Source of the DNA: Candidatus Babelota bacterium
GTDB taxonomy: Bacteria > Babelota > Babeliae > Babelales > GCA-2401785
Assembly: GCA_016871815.1 (NCBI GenBank)
Contig: VHBT01000004.1
Location: 5,454-69,453 of the forward strand
Reading direction: 5' to 3'
DNA: 64,000 nt
The notes under the pieces are model-generated. The model saw nothing but the letters and a program-made list of their open reading frames with translations. It did not search any database and was not told where the DNA came from. How positions within the stretch are numbered: position 1 is the first letter of the stretch; every line of letters starts with the position of its first letter. Of the stretch, positions 1 through 9,312 are shown piece by piece. A program made the position numbers and the translations under genes.

Positions 1-1499
1 TAAAATTTGGCTTACTTTCTGTGGCTTCATTTTCAATCATCGGAAGCTACTGGACACTTCGCTCAATCAAAGATGCATTCTTTGATACCTTAATTGGTTA
101 CTGCTGTGTACCGTATGCAAAATTAATCACCGTTCTTGCTATGATCCCTCTCATCTGGGGCTACACAAAACTCGTTGACTGCATGACACGTGAAAAATTG
201 TTTTGGATCGTTTGCGGCTTTTACGCATCTCTTTTTGTCATCTTCGGATTTGGTTACACCAATTTAGCTTCTCCATTTTTTGCACTTGGACACGGATACA
301 TTGGTAAAGTAATCACCGTAATTGCATGTACTTTGTTAGCTCTTGCACTCAAAAAAATTGTAGAAATTATTCTTTCTATCGAAACAACCTGGATTCAAGT
401 TGTTTCAGTTGCTGTAACACTTGGCGCTGCATGGTTTGCTTACTCAAAATATGGATTTGCTCAACTTCTTTCATCTGGCGATAGCTTCTTGGCAATGGGT
501 CGTTCAGTCACAGTTGACGGTGTTCAACTCTATGATCTTTCAAAACTTCTTGGCTGGCTCGCATTTGTAATGGTTGAAACCATGGGTGGCGTTATTGTTC
601 CTCTCTTCTGGTCATACGCTCACTCAACAACAACCACAGAAATGGGTAAAAGAGGATATCCTCTTATCGGTATCGCTATGCAATCAGGTAACCTTGCTGG
701 ACCTACCATGGCTCGCTATGCAGAATACTTTGGATTCTTTGGTCTTTTGAGCATCTCAGCAACAATTTTAATGATTGTTCCTATCGCTATCTACATCTAC
801 AAAAGCGTTGTTCCTCATGACTTGCGTCAAACAGACGGTGATGGCTCAGTAGCCAAGAAAAAAACAACCGGAGCGGGTGAAGGCCTTCGCTTGATGGCAA
901 AACACAAATACCTTATGGGTCTTGCATTTGTTGCTACCGTTTACGAAGTTGTTGGAACATTGATTGACTTTCAATTCAAAATGGCAGCATCGAGTGTTTT
1001 TGCAAAAGAAGCTCTTGCATCATACCTTGCGATGGCAGCTCAGTGGACTGCGATTGTTGGACTTGTTTTCTCGATTCTTGGAACCTCAATCGTTATCAGA
1101 AAACTTGGCGTTCGATTCTCCCTCTTGCTCTACCCAACACTTCTTGGCTTAGTTGTTCTAATGGTTAGATTCTCGCCAGTTCTTGGAATTCTTTTCTGGG
1201 CAATGGTATTTGTAAAAATGTTAAGCTATGCACTCAATAACCCAGTTAAAGAGTTCATGTACATTCCAACATCTAAAGACGTTAAATTCAAAGTTAAAGC
1301 TGTTATTGACGGATTTGGTGGTAAAGCGGCAAAAGGTATTGGTTCTGTAATCAATGCTGCATGTTCTGCAAACCCTGCCATGTTGGTAGCTTACGGATCA
1401 ATCGCATCCCTCGGAATCATCGGGGTTTGGATTATTATCGCGATGTTTGTTGGTCAGTCATACGACCAATTAATTGAAGAGAAAAAAATCCTCGATTAA
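1..1499 (+). CDS. tlc: ATP/ADP translocase (Tlc/NTT nucleotide transporter family), 5'-partial: frame is open to the window edge
   Basis: Multi-pass membrane protein with Tlc-type motifs: YWTLRSIKDAFF near the N-terminus, KRGYPLIGIAMQSGNLAGP, EFMYIPTSKDVKFKVKAVIDGFGGKAAKG. The frame stays open upstream of the GTG at 21 back to base 3, so the true start is probably outside the window. Confidence 0.85.
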   Translation, partial: KFGLLSVASFSIIGSYWTLRSIKDAFFDTLIGYCCVPYAKLITVLAMIPLIWGYTKLVDCMTREKLFWIVCGFYASLFVIFGFGYTNLASPFFALGHGYIGKVITVIACTLLALALKKIVEIILSIETTWIQVVSVAVTLGAAWFAYSKYGFAQLLSSGDSFLAMGRSVTVDGVQLYDLSKLLGWLAFVMVETMGGVIVPLFWSYAHSTTTTEMGKRGYPLIGIAMQSGNLAGPTMARYAEYFGFFGLLSISATILMIVPIAIYIYKSVVPHDLRQTDGDGSVAKKKTTGAGEGLRLMAKHKYLMGLAFVATVYEVVGTLIDFQFKMAASSVFAKEALASYLAMAAQWTAIVGLVFSILGTSIVIRKLGVRFSLLLYPTLLGLVVLMVRFSPVLGILFWAMVFVKMLSYALNNPVKEFMYIPTSKDVKFKVKAVIDGFGGKAAKGIGSVINAACSANPAMLVAYGSIASLGIIGVWIIIAMFVGQSYDQLIEEKKILD

Positions 1500-1519
1500 T
1501 CTAATTAACAAAGACGTAC

Positions 1520-1560
1520 AAAGCGGCCGGCCATTTTCGTCGGCCGCTTTTACATTTTTA
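1520..1560 (+). terminator. Rho-independent terminator after the first tlc
   Basis: 10-bp GC-rich stem AAAGCGGCCG (1520-1529) / CGGCCGCTTT (1541-1550), followed by a T-rich tract. Confidence 0.7.
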
Positions 1561-1576
1561 TTTTTGGTATTTTTTA

Positions 1577-2989
1577 ATGCTCATAACTATCTTTTTTATC
1601 GTTCTTGCCGGCTTAATATTTTTCTTATTAAGCTCAAAAACAACACTCAAACCTATTCTTTTTAATATCGAGCATTTTTTGTGGGGCAATATTCATCCCG
1701 CAGAGCTTTCAAAATTTTTATATCTTTCGCGGATTGCTATCATCATAATGACGTGCACCTGGGGATTAAAAACACTTAAAGACTCTCTTTTTATTGATTT
1801 TGTAGGCAGAGAATCTTTAACGCTCGCCAAAAATACCTCTATCGCGATCCTTATCCCGCTGGTGCTTCTTTATAACTATGCAATTACCAAAATTGCACTC
1901 GAAAAATTATTTTCTATTATTTGCATCACGTATGCATCTCTTTTTATTGGAACCACAACGCTTCACTACTACATAAATGCTGGATACATATTACCAATTC
2001 CATCATCTATAATTGGGTGGATTTACTATATCGGCATTGAAAGCTTTGCAAGCTTACTCGTCTCTCACTACTTCACCTACCTTGCAAGTATTAATACCAC
2101 AGAATCTGCAAAGCGCGGATACGGGTTGATTATCGTTGCCACGCAATTAGGAAATCTTGCCGGACCAACCTGTGTTATTTTAACCATACAACAATACGGA
2201 TTTAACGCTTTAATATGTTTCTTCGCTCTTTTAGCCTTAAGCGTCCCATTTTTTATTTACCAGTTCATCACTCGAATCCCAAAAAATCTTCGCCAGAGCG
2301 ATGAAAACAAAGCAGACACTCACCTTGAAGCAGCTACTGAAGTAGCAACTTCAAAAACGTCTTTTCTTGAAGGAATTCGATTACTCTATAAAAGCCCATA
2401 CCTTCTTGGACTTGCAACCATAACAACAATGCAAGAAATCATTAGCCAAATGCTTGATTTGCAATTCAAAATCCAAATCAGCTATCACTATCATGGTCCA
2501 GATTTTGCTGCATACATGGGTTCATATGCTCAGATGAATGCAATTCTTGGTATTTTATTTGGATTCTTTGGAACAAGCTTTTTACTCAGAAAATTAGAAA
2601 TTAAAAATTGTTTAATCTTATACCCAGCGCTCTTGGCTGCAGTTGTTACCTTTGTTTGGTATTTTCCAGCAACACAATTCTTTTTTGCAGGAATGATTAT
2701 CATTAAAACACTGGGATATACGCTCAATCGTCCAATCCAAGAAATCATGTTTATTCCAACTACAAAAATGGTTAAAACGCAAGTCAAAAGCATTGTTGAT
2801 AGCCTTGGGAAACGTGGTGGCAAGTCACTCGGAGCATCTATCCTCAGGGCTCTTTCATCTCTTGATTCTCAGCTCTTAACCTCAACCACCTTTGCTTCAC
2901 TTGGATTACTCACCATGTGGGTTGGCATCGCCATAAAAACAGGCTCCAAATATGAAAAGCTGATGAAAAACAAAGAAATTATTGGATAA
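1577..2989 (+). CDS. Second Tlc/NTT-family nucleotide transporter (tandem paralog)
   Basis: 470 aa multi-pass membrane protein. It shares family motifs with the upstream gene: LKTLKDSLF, KRGYGLIIVATQLGNLAGP, EIMFIPTTKMVKTQVKSIVDSLGKRGGKS. Confidence 0.8.
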   Translation: MLITIFFIVLAGLIFFLLSSKTTLKPILFNIEHFLWGNIHPAELSKFLYLSRIAIIIMTCTWGLKTLKDSLFIDFVGRESLTLAKNTSIAILIPLVLLYNYAITKIALEKLFSIICITYASLFIGTTTLHYYINAGYILPIPSSIIGWIYYIGIESFASLLVSHYFTYLASINTTESAKRGYGLIIVATQLGNLAGPTCVILTIQQYGFNALICFFALLALSVPFFIYQFITRIPKNLRQSDENKADTHLEAATEVATSKTSFLEGIRLLYKSPYLLGLATITTMQEIISQMLDLQFKIQISYHYHGPDFAAYMGSYAQMNAILGILFGFFGTSFLLRKLEIKNCLILYPALLAAVVTFVWYFPATQFFFAGMIIIKTLGYTLNRPIQEIMFIPTTKMVKTQVKSIVDSLGKRGGKSLGASILRALSSLDSQLLTSTTFASLGLLTMWVGIAIKTGSKYEKLMKNKEIIG

Positions 2990-3000
2990 AAGGCACTGGT

Positions 3001-4089
3001 ATGAAAAAAACACAGTACATTCTTGGGATCGAGTCATCATGCGATGAAACAGCTGCAGCGATTATTGATCACGAAAATAAAAAAGTTTTATCTAACAAGC
3101 TTCATTCTCAGACTGCAGAACACAAAAAATATGGTGGCGTTGTACCGGAAATCGCCTCTCGCTCACATCTTGAAAAAATTGATTCCATCGTTGATATTGC
3201 ACTTAAAACGGCTGGCATAACCCTTGATGAAGTTGATGCAATTGCAGTCACCAACAAACCAGGGCTTGCAGGATCTTTATTAACCGGACTTTGTTTTGCC
3301 AAAGGATTAGCATGGGCAAAAAACACTCTACTAATCCCAATTGACCACACCCATGGACACATCACCTCTGCATACCTCAACCAAGATGGCTCTTTTGATT
3401 CAAGCATTACCTTTCCGCTTATTTGCCTTTCTCTTTCGGGCGGACACTCATCAATTTATTTTGTAGAAAGCCCTACAAAATACATAACAATTGGGAGCAC
3501 AATTGATGATGCCGCAGGAGAAGCGTTTGATAAAATTTCAAAGATTCTTGAGCTTGGATATCCCGGCGGTCCGATCATAGAAAAATTAGCGCAAAGTGTT
3601 AACTTTGAAGACTTTTTTTCATATACGCGAACAAAAGACTACAAAAAAAAGCTTGATTTTACGTTCTCTGGACTCAAAACCGCTGTTTTTTATGACATGA
3701 TTGAACGTGGATATTTTGATCTTACAACCAAGCAACTTTCGCCCACTGTCACAGAAAAAGAAATGGCTACGATCGCAAGCTCCCTGCTGGTATGTATAGG
3801 AGATATTATTTGCGCAAAAATAGAACTTGCCCTTTCTCTCTATCCTCAAGCTCGATACATCACATTTGTTGGCGGGGTTGCATGCAACAAATACCTTTCA
3901 CAACGCTTGCAAAAAACTGCCGAATACTTGGGTGTTTTTTACAAAAATGTACCGAGAGAATATTCAACAGATAACGCTGCTATGATCGCTGCCGCTGGAT
4001 CATTTTTATTGAGTGACCCAGAGCTTTCAAAAAAATATTTTTCTGCAGAATGGCGTGAGTCAATGATGTTTATAGATATCAATTCGTAA
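3001..4089 (+). CDS. tsaD: tRNA N6-adenosine threonylcarbamoyltransferase TsaD (Kae1/Gcp family)
   Basis: N-terminal ILGIESSCDETAAAII, HxxGH-type metal motif (DHTHGHITSA), and GYPGGPIIEKLA. Confidence 0.9.
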   Translation: MKKTQYILGIESSCDETAAAIIDHENKKVLSNKLHSQTAEHKKYGGVVPEIASRSHLEKIDSIVDIALKTAGITLDEVDAIAVTNKPGLAGSLLTGLCFAKGLAWAKNTLLIPIDHTHGHITSAYLNQDGSFDSSITFPLICLSLSGGHSSIYFVESPTKYITIGSTIDDAAGEAFDKISKILELGYPGGPIIEKLAQSVNFEDFFSYTRTKDYKKKLDFTFSGLKTAVFYDMIERGYFDLTTKQLSPTVTEKEMATIASSLLVCIGDIICAKIELALSLYPQARYITFVGGVACNKYLSQRLQKTAEYLGVFYKNVPREYSTDNAAMIAAAGSFLLSDPELSKKYFSAEWRESMMFIDINS

Positions 4090-4947
4090 CTACAAACGAA
4101 CTTCTACTAATTGATTTCTTCCAATGCGCTTTGTCATGACAACCTGGTCGGCAGATTCAAAAAAAGGCTCAAATTCTAGCGCTTTAAAGTGTGATTTAAC
4201 TGATTGTCGATGCTGATTCCCACCAACAACAACTGAAACTTTTTCACCATCCTCTGCAGACAAGTCCTGATTCATAAATTTTCGCTTATTAGCTTTTGCT
4301 TGAGCAATTTTTTCTTCTGGCAACAGCCTAACTTTTGGAATTTGAATAAATTGATGATCAAGTTTAAACGGCCAATACTCAATACTTTCGACTCTTTTTG
4401 GATTCAAAAGCAAAATAATAGTACGCGAAGGCTCGTATAAAAAATTTCTTTTTTCAATAGATTTTGGCTTTATTAAAATATCATCATTCGAAAGATTTGC
4501 GGCATTTTGAGCCTTGCATGAAAAACAAAGATATGGTTCTCCTGGAATTTGCTTAAACCCAACAATATTATTGGCTCCCTCAAGAACCGGTTCGATATTT
4601 TTAGTAATTAACAAATGATACGTATCATCCTTCATTTTTGTTTTCAACAATGGACTCACGCTTTCAAGCGCAGCGCCTCCATTAATTGATTTCATCATTT
4701 TTTGACGAAACGGAACAACATCAAAAGCTTCCGCATCACTTTTTTTTATAAATGAAAAAAAGCCACTTGAATCGCTCACCGTACGCTCTCCACGAAAGAA
4801 AACGACCACTGGATCAACATCCGAAGAGTCTGACGAAGAAATCCCACCTCGCACAATCCGCTCCTCAGACGAAACAGATCTGTGTTCGGGATATCCGAAT
4901 GCGATCCCACACAACAATATTAAAAAAAGGATTAACGTTTTTTTCAT
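4090..4947 (-). CDS. Hypothetical secreted protein
   Basis: 285-aa ORF with a signal-peptide-like N-terminus (MKKTLILFLILLCGIAFG). No family recognised. Confidence 0.55.
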   Translation of the reverse strand: MKKTLILFLILLCGIAFGYPEHRSVSSEERIVRGGISSSDSSDVDPVVVFFRGERTVSDSSGFFSFIKKSDAEAFDVVPFRQKMMKSINGGAALESVSPLLKTKMKDDTYHLLITKNIEPVLEGANNIVGFKQIPGEPYLCFSCKAQNAANLSNDDILIKPKSIEKRNFLYEPSRTIILLLNPKRVESIEYWPFKLDHQFIQIPKVRLLPEEKIAQAKANKRKFMNQDLSAEDGEKVSVVVGGNQHRQSVKSHFKALEFEPFFESADQVVMTKRIGRNQLVEVRL

Positions 4948-5054
4948 TCAATCACCCTCAAAAAAGAAGTTCTCCCCTGATTATAGATGTTTATAGCATA
5001 ATTTGATATTCTAACGAAGATAACAAAAGCAATGTAACCGCCTAACAACATTTC

Positions 5055-5519
5055 ATGAAAATTCTAAGCACAAACAAAGAAGCCTATTTTTCATACAACA
5101 TCCTGGAAACCTTTCACGCTGGAATCGCCCTTACCGGCGATGAGGTTAAGTCCATTCGTCGTGGATTTGGCGGACTTAAAGATGCTTTTGTTACCATTCA
5201 TGAAGGCCAAGCTCAGGTAATCAACTGGTACATCACACCCTATTCACATGCATACGAAAAACAATCTGCGCTCAAATCAGACGGCCGCCGTTCACGCGTT
5301 CTTCTTCTTTCTCGAAAAGAAATAAATCAAATCTTTGGTGCAATTTCACGCAAGGGACTTACCGTTGTTGCCCTTAAACTTTATTTAAGTGACAAAAACT
5401 TAGTAAAAATGGAAATCGGCACTGCACGACATAAAACACTTGTTGATAAACGAGAAAAAGTTAAACAGCGTGAAGCAGATCGAGAGCTTAAAACTGCGTT
5501 AAAATACAAAAATACTTAA
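5055..5519 (+). CDS. smpB: SsrA-binding protein SmpB
   Basis: 154 aa, typical SmpB length. N-terminal NKEAYFSYNILETFHAGIALTGDEVKSIR and a basic C-terminal tail. Confidence 0.9.
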   Translation: MKILSTNKEAYFSYNILETFHAGIALTGDEVKSIRRGFGGLKDAFVTIHEGQAQVINWYITPYSHAYEKQSALKSDGRRSRVLLLSRKEINQIFGAISRKGLTVVALKLYLSDKNLVKMEIGTARHKTLVDKREKVKQREADRELKTALKYKNT

Positions 5520-5530
5520 ACTTAATTAAT

Positions 5531-5911
5531 ATGAATCTTTTATTTAAAATTACTTTTTTATATTTCAGCTTTTGCTTTTCATGTGCTTACACTCGACAAT
5601 CTCCAGAGATACGAGCAAGAATAATTGCCGCCTCCAGGTTTGAAAGCTTTGGGAATGGCAATTTGCTTACCCAAGACGAAGCTTTTACACTCTATGAGAA
5701 TCTTCGTGAATTAAATAACGCTGAAATGACATCTCTACTTTTCGCTCTTGCAACAATTTTACACAACAATCTTTTTGGCCAAAATACGATTAATGAAAGA
5801 AAAAGATTTTTTAGAGATCTTATTGCAGAAGAGCGCACACTGTGTCGCAACTTTAATAACCGGCTAATCGACGTTGCTCATAATTTTGGAAATATCGCTG
5901 CTGAAGAATAA
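5531..5911 (+). CDS. Hypothetical small protein with hydrophobic N-terminus
   Basis: 126-aa ORF with a hydrophobic leader (LLFKITFLYFSFCFSCAY). No family recognised. Confidence 0.45.
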   Translation: MNLLFKITFLYFSFCFSCAYTRQSPEIRARIIAASRFESFGNGNLLTQDEAFTLYENLRELNNAEMTSLLFALATILHNNLFGQNTINERKRFFRDLIAEERTLCRNFNNRLIDVAHNFGNIAAEE

Positions 5912-5912
5912 A

Positions 5913-7160
5913 TTACTGTCCCTCTGACAATGTTTGTATTTCCTCGTAACGCGCCTTAAGATTTTCTGCTTTCTTGAGCAGAGAATCAAGAATCTCTGGA
6001 GAGCAGTTTTTCATTTTTAAATATTGTCGCAAGAGCTCATCATCATCCATCTGTACCGATACCTGCGCTCGTTTTTCGCGCTGCTTGGGCTTATGAACCG
6101 GCGTGATAGAAGATACATACCACGCATCTTTGCACGCAGCTTGTATCGCTGGTAATTCAACAACGTCATTCATATCCTCTGGGATATGATACACAATTTT
6201 TACAATCGCATCTTTTAGATCATGCAAGCGCAAGGCCGCAATAATCTGCTGTGTTTGATTTTCGTCTTTATGTAGCTGAACATCACATTGAATCATCGGT
6301 CGCGTCGGTGTATGAATAAATGAATACGTTGTTTTTTTATGCTCATCAATTTTGACGTGACAAAATCCTTTCGTATCATTTCGTTCACCAAAATCAATCC
6401 GCTCAAGCGAACCTGAATACACAATTGGACAACGGCCCCCACGATTTAAATCCTGAAAGCGATGTAAGTGTCCAAGTGCAACATAGTCAAACGGCTCAAT
6501 CGCCAATTGTGACGGAAATAAAATAGGATCAGAACCCAAAATTGCAGTACGTTCAGATCCTGAAAAAATACCTTCACTCACTGTCAGGTGTCCTGCCAAA
6601 ACAGCCGGAACAAAAGGATCTAACTGTGCTGCTAAATCTTGAATAATCGATGCAACAGAAGAAGAAAGATATTCAACAATCTCTTGTGAATTTTTAAATC
6701 GAAGATCAGTTTTTGCGATCAAAGAATGCCGAGACGGCCACGGAATGCCAACTATTTGAACAAGCCCTCGCTTTGTCTGCAAACGCAAAATATCAGGCCG
6801 CGAAAAAGTATAAAATCCAGAAACAGGCAAATCGCCAAAAACATCCAACGCATGCGCTTTGCCAAAACTCATAGGATGATCATGATTTCCCACAACAATT
6901 ACCACAGGAATATTGTGCTGATACAATCGCAAAAACTGCTGTAAAAATAATTTTTGTTGCGTCGGCGAAGGATGTGCCGTCTTGTACGCGTCACCAGAAA
7001 ACATAAAAAAATCGACATCTTGCTCTATGGCATAATCAACACATGCTTGTAAGCTTTTTTTGAAATCAAGCAACCGTGAATGAATTCCTGTGGAAGGGTC
7101 TATGCGTCCATAATTTTCAACGCCAAAATGAATGTCTGCTGTGTGAACAAATGAAATCAT
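5913..7160 (-). CDS. sbcD: Exonuclease SbcD / Mre11-family metallophosphoesterase
   Basis: Calcineurin-like phosphoesterase motifs in order: HTADIHFG, SGDAYK, GNHDHP, GHLT, GHLH. The ~415 aa length is typical of SbcD. Confidence 0.8.
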   Translation of the reverse strand: MISFVHTADIHFGVENYGRIDPSTGIHSRLLDFKKSLQACVDYAIEQDVDFFMFSGDAYKTAHPSPTQQKLFLQQFLRLYQHNIPVVIVVGNHDHPMSFGKAHALDVFGDLPVSGFYTFSRPDILRLQTKRGLVQIVGIPWPSRHSLIAKTDLRFKNSQEIVEYLSSSVASIIQDLAAQLDPFVPAVLAGHLTVSEGIFSGSERTAILGSDPILFPSQLAIEPFDYVALGHLHRFQDLNRGGRCPIVYSGSLERIDFGERNDTKGFCHVKIDEHKKTTYSFIHTPTRPMIQCDVQLHKDENQTQQIIAALRLHDLKDAIVKIVYHIPEDMNDVVELPAIQAACKDAWYVSSITPVHKPKQREKRAQVSVQMDDDELLRQYLKMKNCSPEILDSLLKKAENLKARYEEIQTLSEGQ

Positions 7161-8380
7161 ACGCGCTGCTGTGAAATTTCGTCGCCAAAATAATCCGTAA
7201 TACCATCTAACGAGCCTGATGAAACTTGATTTGCAATTACTGCATGAGAATCAATCACAGAATTTTCTAAGCACGCTAATCGATGAACAACCACACAGTC
7301 TCCCAATGTACACGCAGAAAGCTCGACAAAGCTCTCGATCCGCGCACCATCTTTCACAACCGTATTGTTTTTAATTCGCACAAATGGCCCGACAACACAT
7401 CGATTGCCAATCACACTATCCTGAACAACGGTATGAGATTTTATAAGCGTGCCATTACCAACAATTGCATGACCCAAAATAGAAAATGGGGAAATTATGC
7501 AATCTGCTCCAATGATACTACCTCGCAACAGCAATGCTCCTGTACCAATTTTTGTATGCGCACCAATTTGAACATCAACGTCTAAATGGAGATTATTAGG
7601 ATTTTCAAAATAAACGCCCTGCTCTACCCAATATCTAACCAACTGCGAGCGCATGGTTTGCTCAACAATCCAAAACTCTTCAACCGTGTTAACTCCCTGA
7701 ACTTCATCAAACGGTGCATAGACCATCGATACCGTTTCTCCAAGAGAGGAAGCTTTTCCAACAAGATCTGTTAAATATAATTCGCTTGTCGCATTTTGCG
7801 CCGAAAGCAGGCCAACATGCTGCTCAAGAAAAGTTCTTTTAAAAATATAAATCCCTGCATTAACTTTAGAAATTTGTTTTTGCGTTGCATCGCACTCTTT
7901 TTCTTCAACTATTTTAACGCCAGACAAACCTTCAACAACGCGACCATACCCAAATGGATTTAAGACATTTGAAGTAACAAATGAAACCGTGGCTCCTTTT
8001 TCAAGATGCTGATCCATCAACTGTTTAATTAAATGATTTTGCACCAAAGGCATATCGCCATTGACCACCAAAATATGCTCGGCTTCTCCCCAGCTGGCAA
8101 ATGAACTAGCAACAGCATCACCAGTTCCTCGTGGATGCTCCTGAATCGAAAAAGAAATTTCACTGGGCAAATGCAACTCACGAATTGTCTGACGAATAAA
8201 ATCGGCATTAACCGCAGTCACAACATTCACAGGCATGTTTGACTGCGAAAGCGCTCGCAGCGGATAATAAATAAGGGGCCGGCCACACAATGTCGCCAGT
8301 AATTTGTTCGTGGCGCCCTTAAACCGAGATGATCGGCCAGCTGCGATAACAACTGCCATAAATAAGCGATTGATGGCCAT
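7157..8380 (-). CDS. GlmU-like bifunctional nucleotidyltransferase / left-handed beta-helix acyltransferase, C-terminally short
   Basis: N-terminal AAGRSSRF nucleotidyltransferase loop, NGDMPLV, YLTDLV, then hexapeptide-repeat region. Its stop overlaps the sbcD start by 4 nt. Confidence 0.7.
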   Translation of the reverse strand: MAINRLFMAVVIAAGRSSRFKGATNKLLATLCGRPLIYYPLRALSQSNMPVNVVTAVNADFIRQTIRELHLPSEISFSIQEHPRGTGDAVASSFASWGEAEHILVVNGDMPLVQNHLIKQLMDQHLEKGATVSFVTSNVLNPFGYGRVVEGLSGVKIVEEKECDATQKQISKVNAGIYIFKRTFLEQHVGLLSAQNATSELYLTDLVGKASSLGETVSMVYAPFDEVQGVNTVEEFWIVEQTMRSQLVRYWVEQGVYFENPNNLHLDVDVQIGAHTKIGTGALLLRGSIIGADCIISPFSILGHAIVGNGTLIKSHTVVQDSVIGNRCVVGPFVRIKNNTVVKDGARIESFVELSACTLGDCVVVHRLACLENSVIDSHAVIANQVSSGSLDGITDYFGDEISQQRV

Positions 8381-8678
8381 ACAAAAGAAACCCTTGGAAT
8401 ATAAATTTTTTTTATGAGCGAAATATAATAATGTATTTCGTTTCTAGCAACACCGGGTCTTACTTTACCCAAAAATACGCGCACCAAAAATACTCTTTTA
8501 TTATTCACAAAAAAAGAATGATTTCAAAATTTGTTTTAAAAAATTTTCTCAAATATCTTGCATCAAATTGCGCTTCATCAAAAATCATGGTAGCTTCATG
8601 AAGATGTAAAAAAGGTGTCCTGCGCCCTCTAAAGTCTACGCGACTACAAACAAGACTTTAAAAATACATCTTAAATAC

Positions 8679-8768
8679 GGAGAGGTGGCTGAGTGGCCGA
8701 AAGCGCCCGTCTCGAAAGCGGGTATCTCTTTACCGGGATCGTGAGTTCGAATCTCACCCTCTCCGCCA
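8679..8768 (+). tRNA. tRNA-Ser (anticodon CGA)
   Basis: Acceptor GGAGAGG/CCTCTCC, anticodon stem CCCGT/GCGGG with loop CTCGAAA, long variable arm, T-loop GTTCGAATC, encoded CCA. Confidence 0.9.
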
Positions 8769-8773
8769 GTTTT

Positions 8774-9058
8774 TTAAAAATCATCACAAGTTTTTATTCT
8801 TACAGTCTGATGTCCATTAAAAATCTCAACAATAAACGAAAGTTCTTCTGATCGAGCATACCCAGAGAACTTTCCATGAGTTTTTAAATAATCCATCAGC
8901 GATAACAAATCTTCACACAAAAGAGGATCTGCTTGCGTTCCTTGCTCAGAAAACTCTTCCACGATAGTTTCTAATGAACTTCCAGCGCGACGCCCACGCG
9001 GAGCCTGAAGCCCAAGACACAATCCAAACAAAATCAGCACTAATAACTGCCTTGCCAT
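8774..9058 (-). CDS. Hypothetical small secreted protein
   Basis: 94-aa ORF with a signal-like N-terminus (LLVLILFGLCLGLQA). Confidence 0.45.
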   Translation of the reverse strand: MARQLLVLILFGLCLGLQAPRGRRAGSSLETIVEEFSEQGTQADPLLCEDLLSLMDYLKTHGKFSGYARSEELSFIVEIFNGHQTVRIKTCDDF

Positions 9059-9250
9059 TGGTAATGCCTTTCACAATATGGTTAAATCCCCAAAAAGAGT
9101 ACTGTATGCAAACGCGTCTTCGTCAAGATTGACGTAAATCCATCAGAACCAAGGCCAATTCAAAAAATCTTTCAATGTGAAACATCTCGATGCCAAAAAA
9201 TATTAATTTTTAATGATTTTCCTAGATTAATAAGTCTTTTTTGCGTGTCA

Positions 9251-9295
9251 CCATAAATTCCAGTACCATAAATTCCAGTACCATAAATTCCAGTA
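9251..9295. repeat. 15-bp perfect tandem repeat x3 (CCATAAATTCCAGTA) immediately upstream of a start codon
   Basis: Three exact copies at 9251-9265, 9266-9280 and 9281-9295, then a degenerate fourth unit CCATCAAAAGTGATA ending 2 nt before the ATG at 9313. Confidence 0.9.
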
Positions 9296-9312
9296 CCATC
9301 AAAAGTGATAGT

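Noticed and set aside
9251-9295. Possible CRISPR array (this site and 28458-28488)
   Set aside because: The units are directly adjacent with no spacers, are only 15 bp long with 2-3 copies, and no cas genes are in the window.
9241-9312. N-terminal extension of the 9241 ORF (TINSSTINSSTINSS)
   Set aside because: It is only the translation of the 15-bp non-coding tandem repeat from a TTG. The downstream ATG at 9313 gives a canonical signal peptide shared with the paralog.
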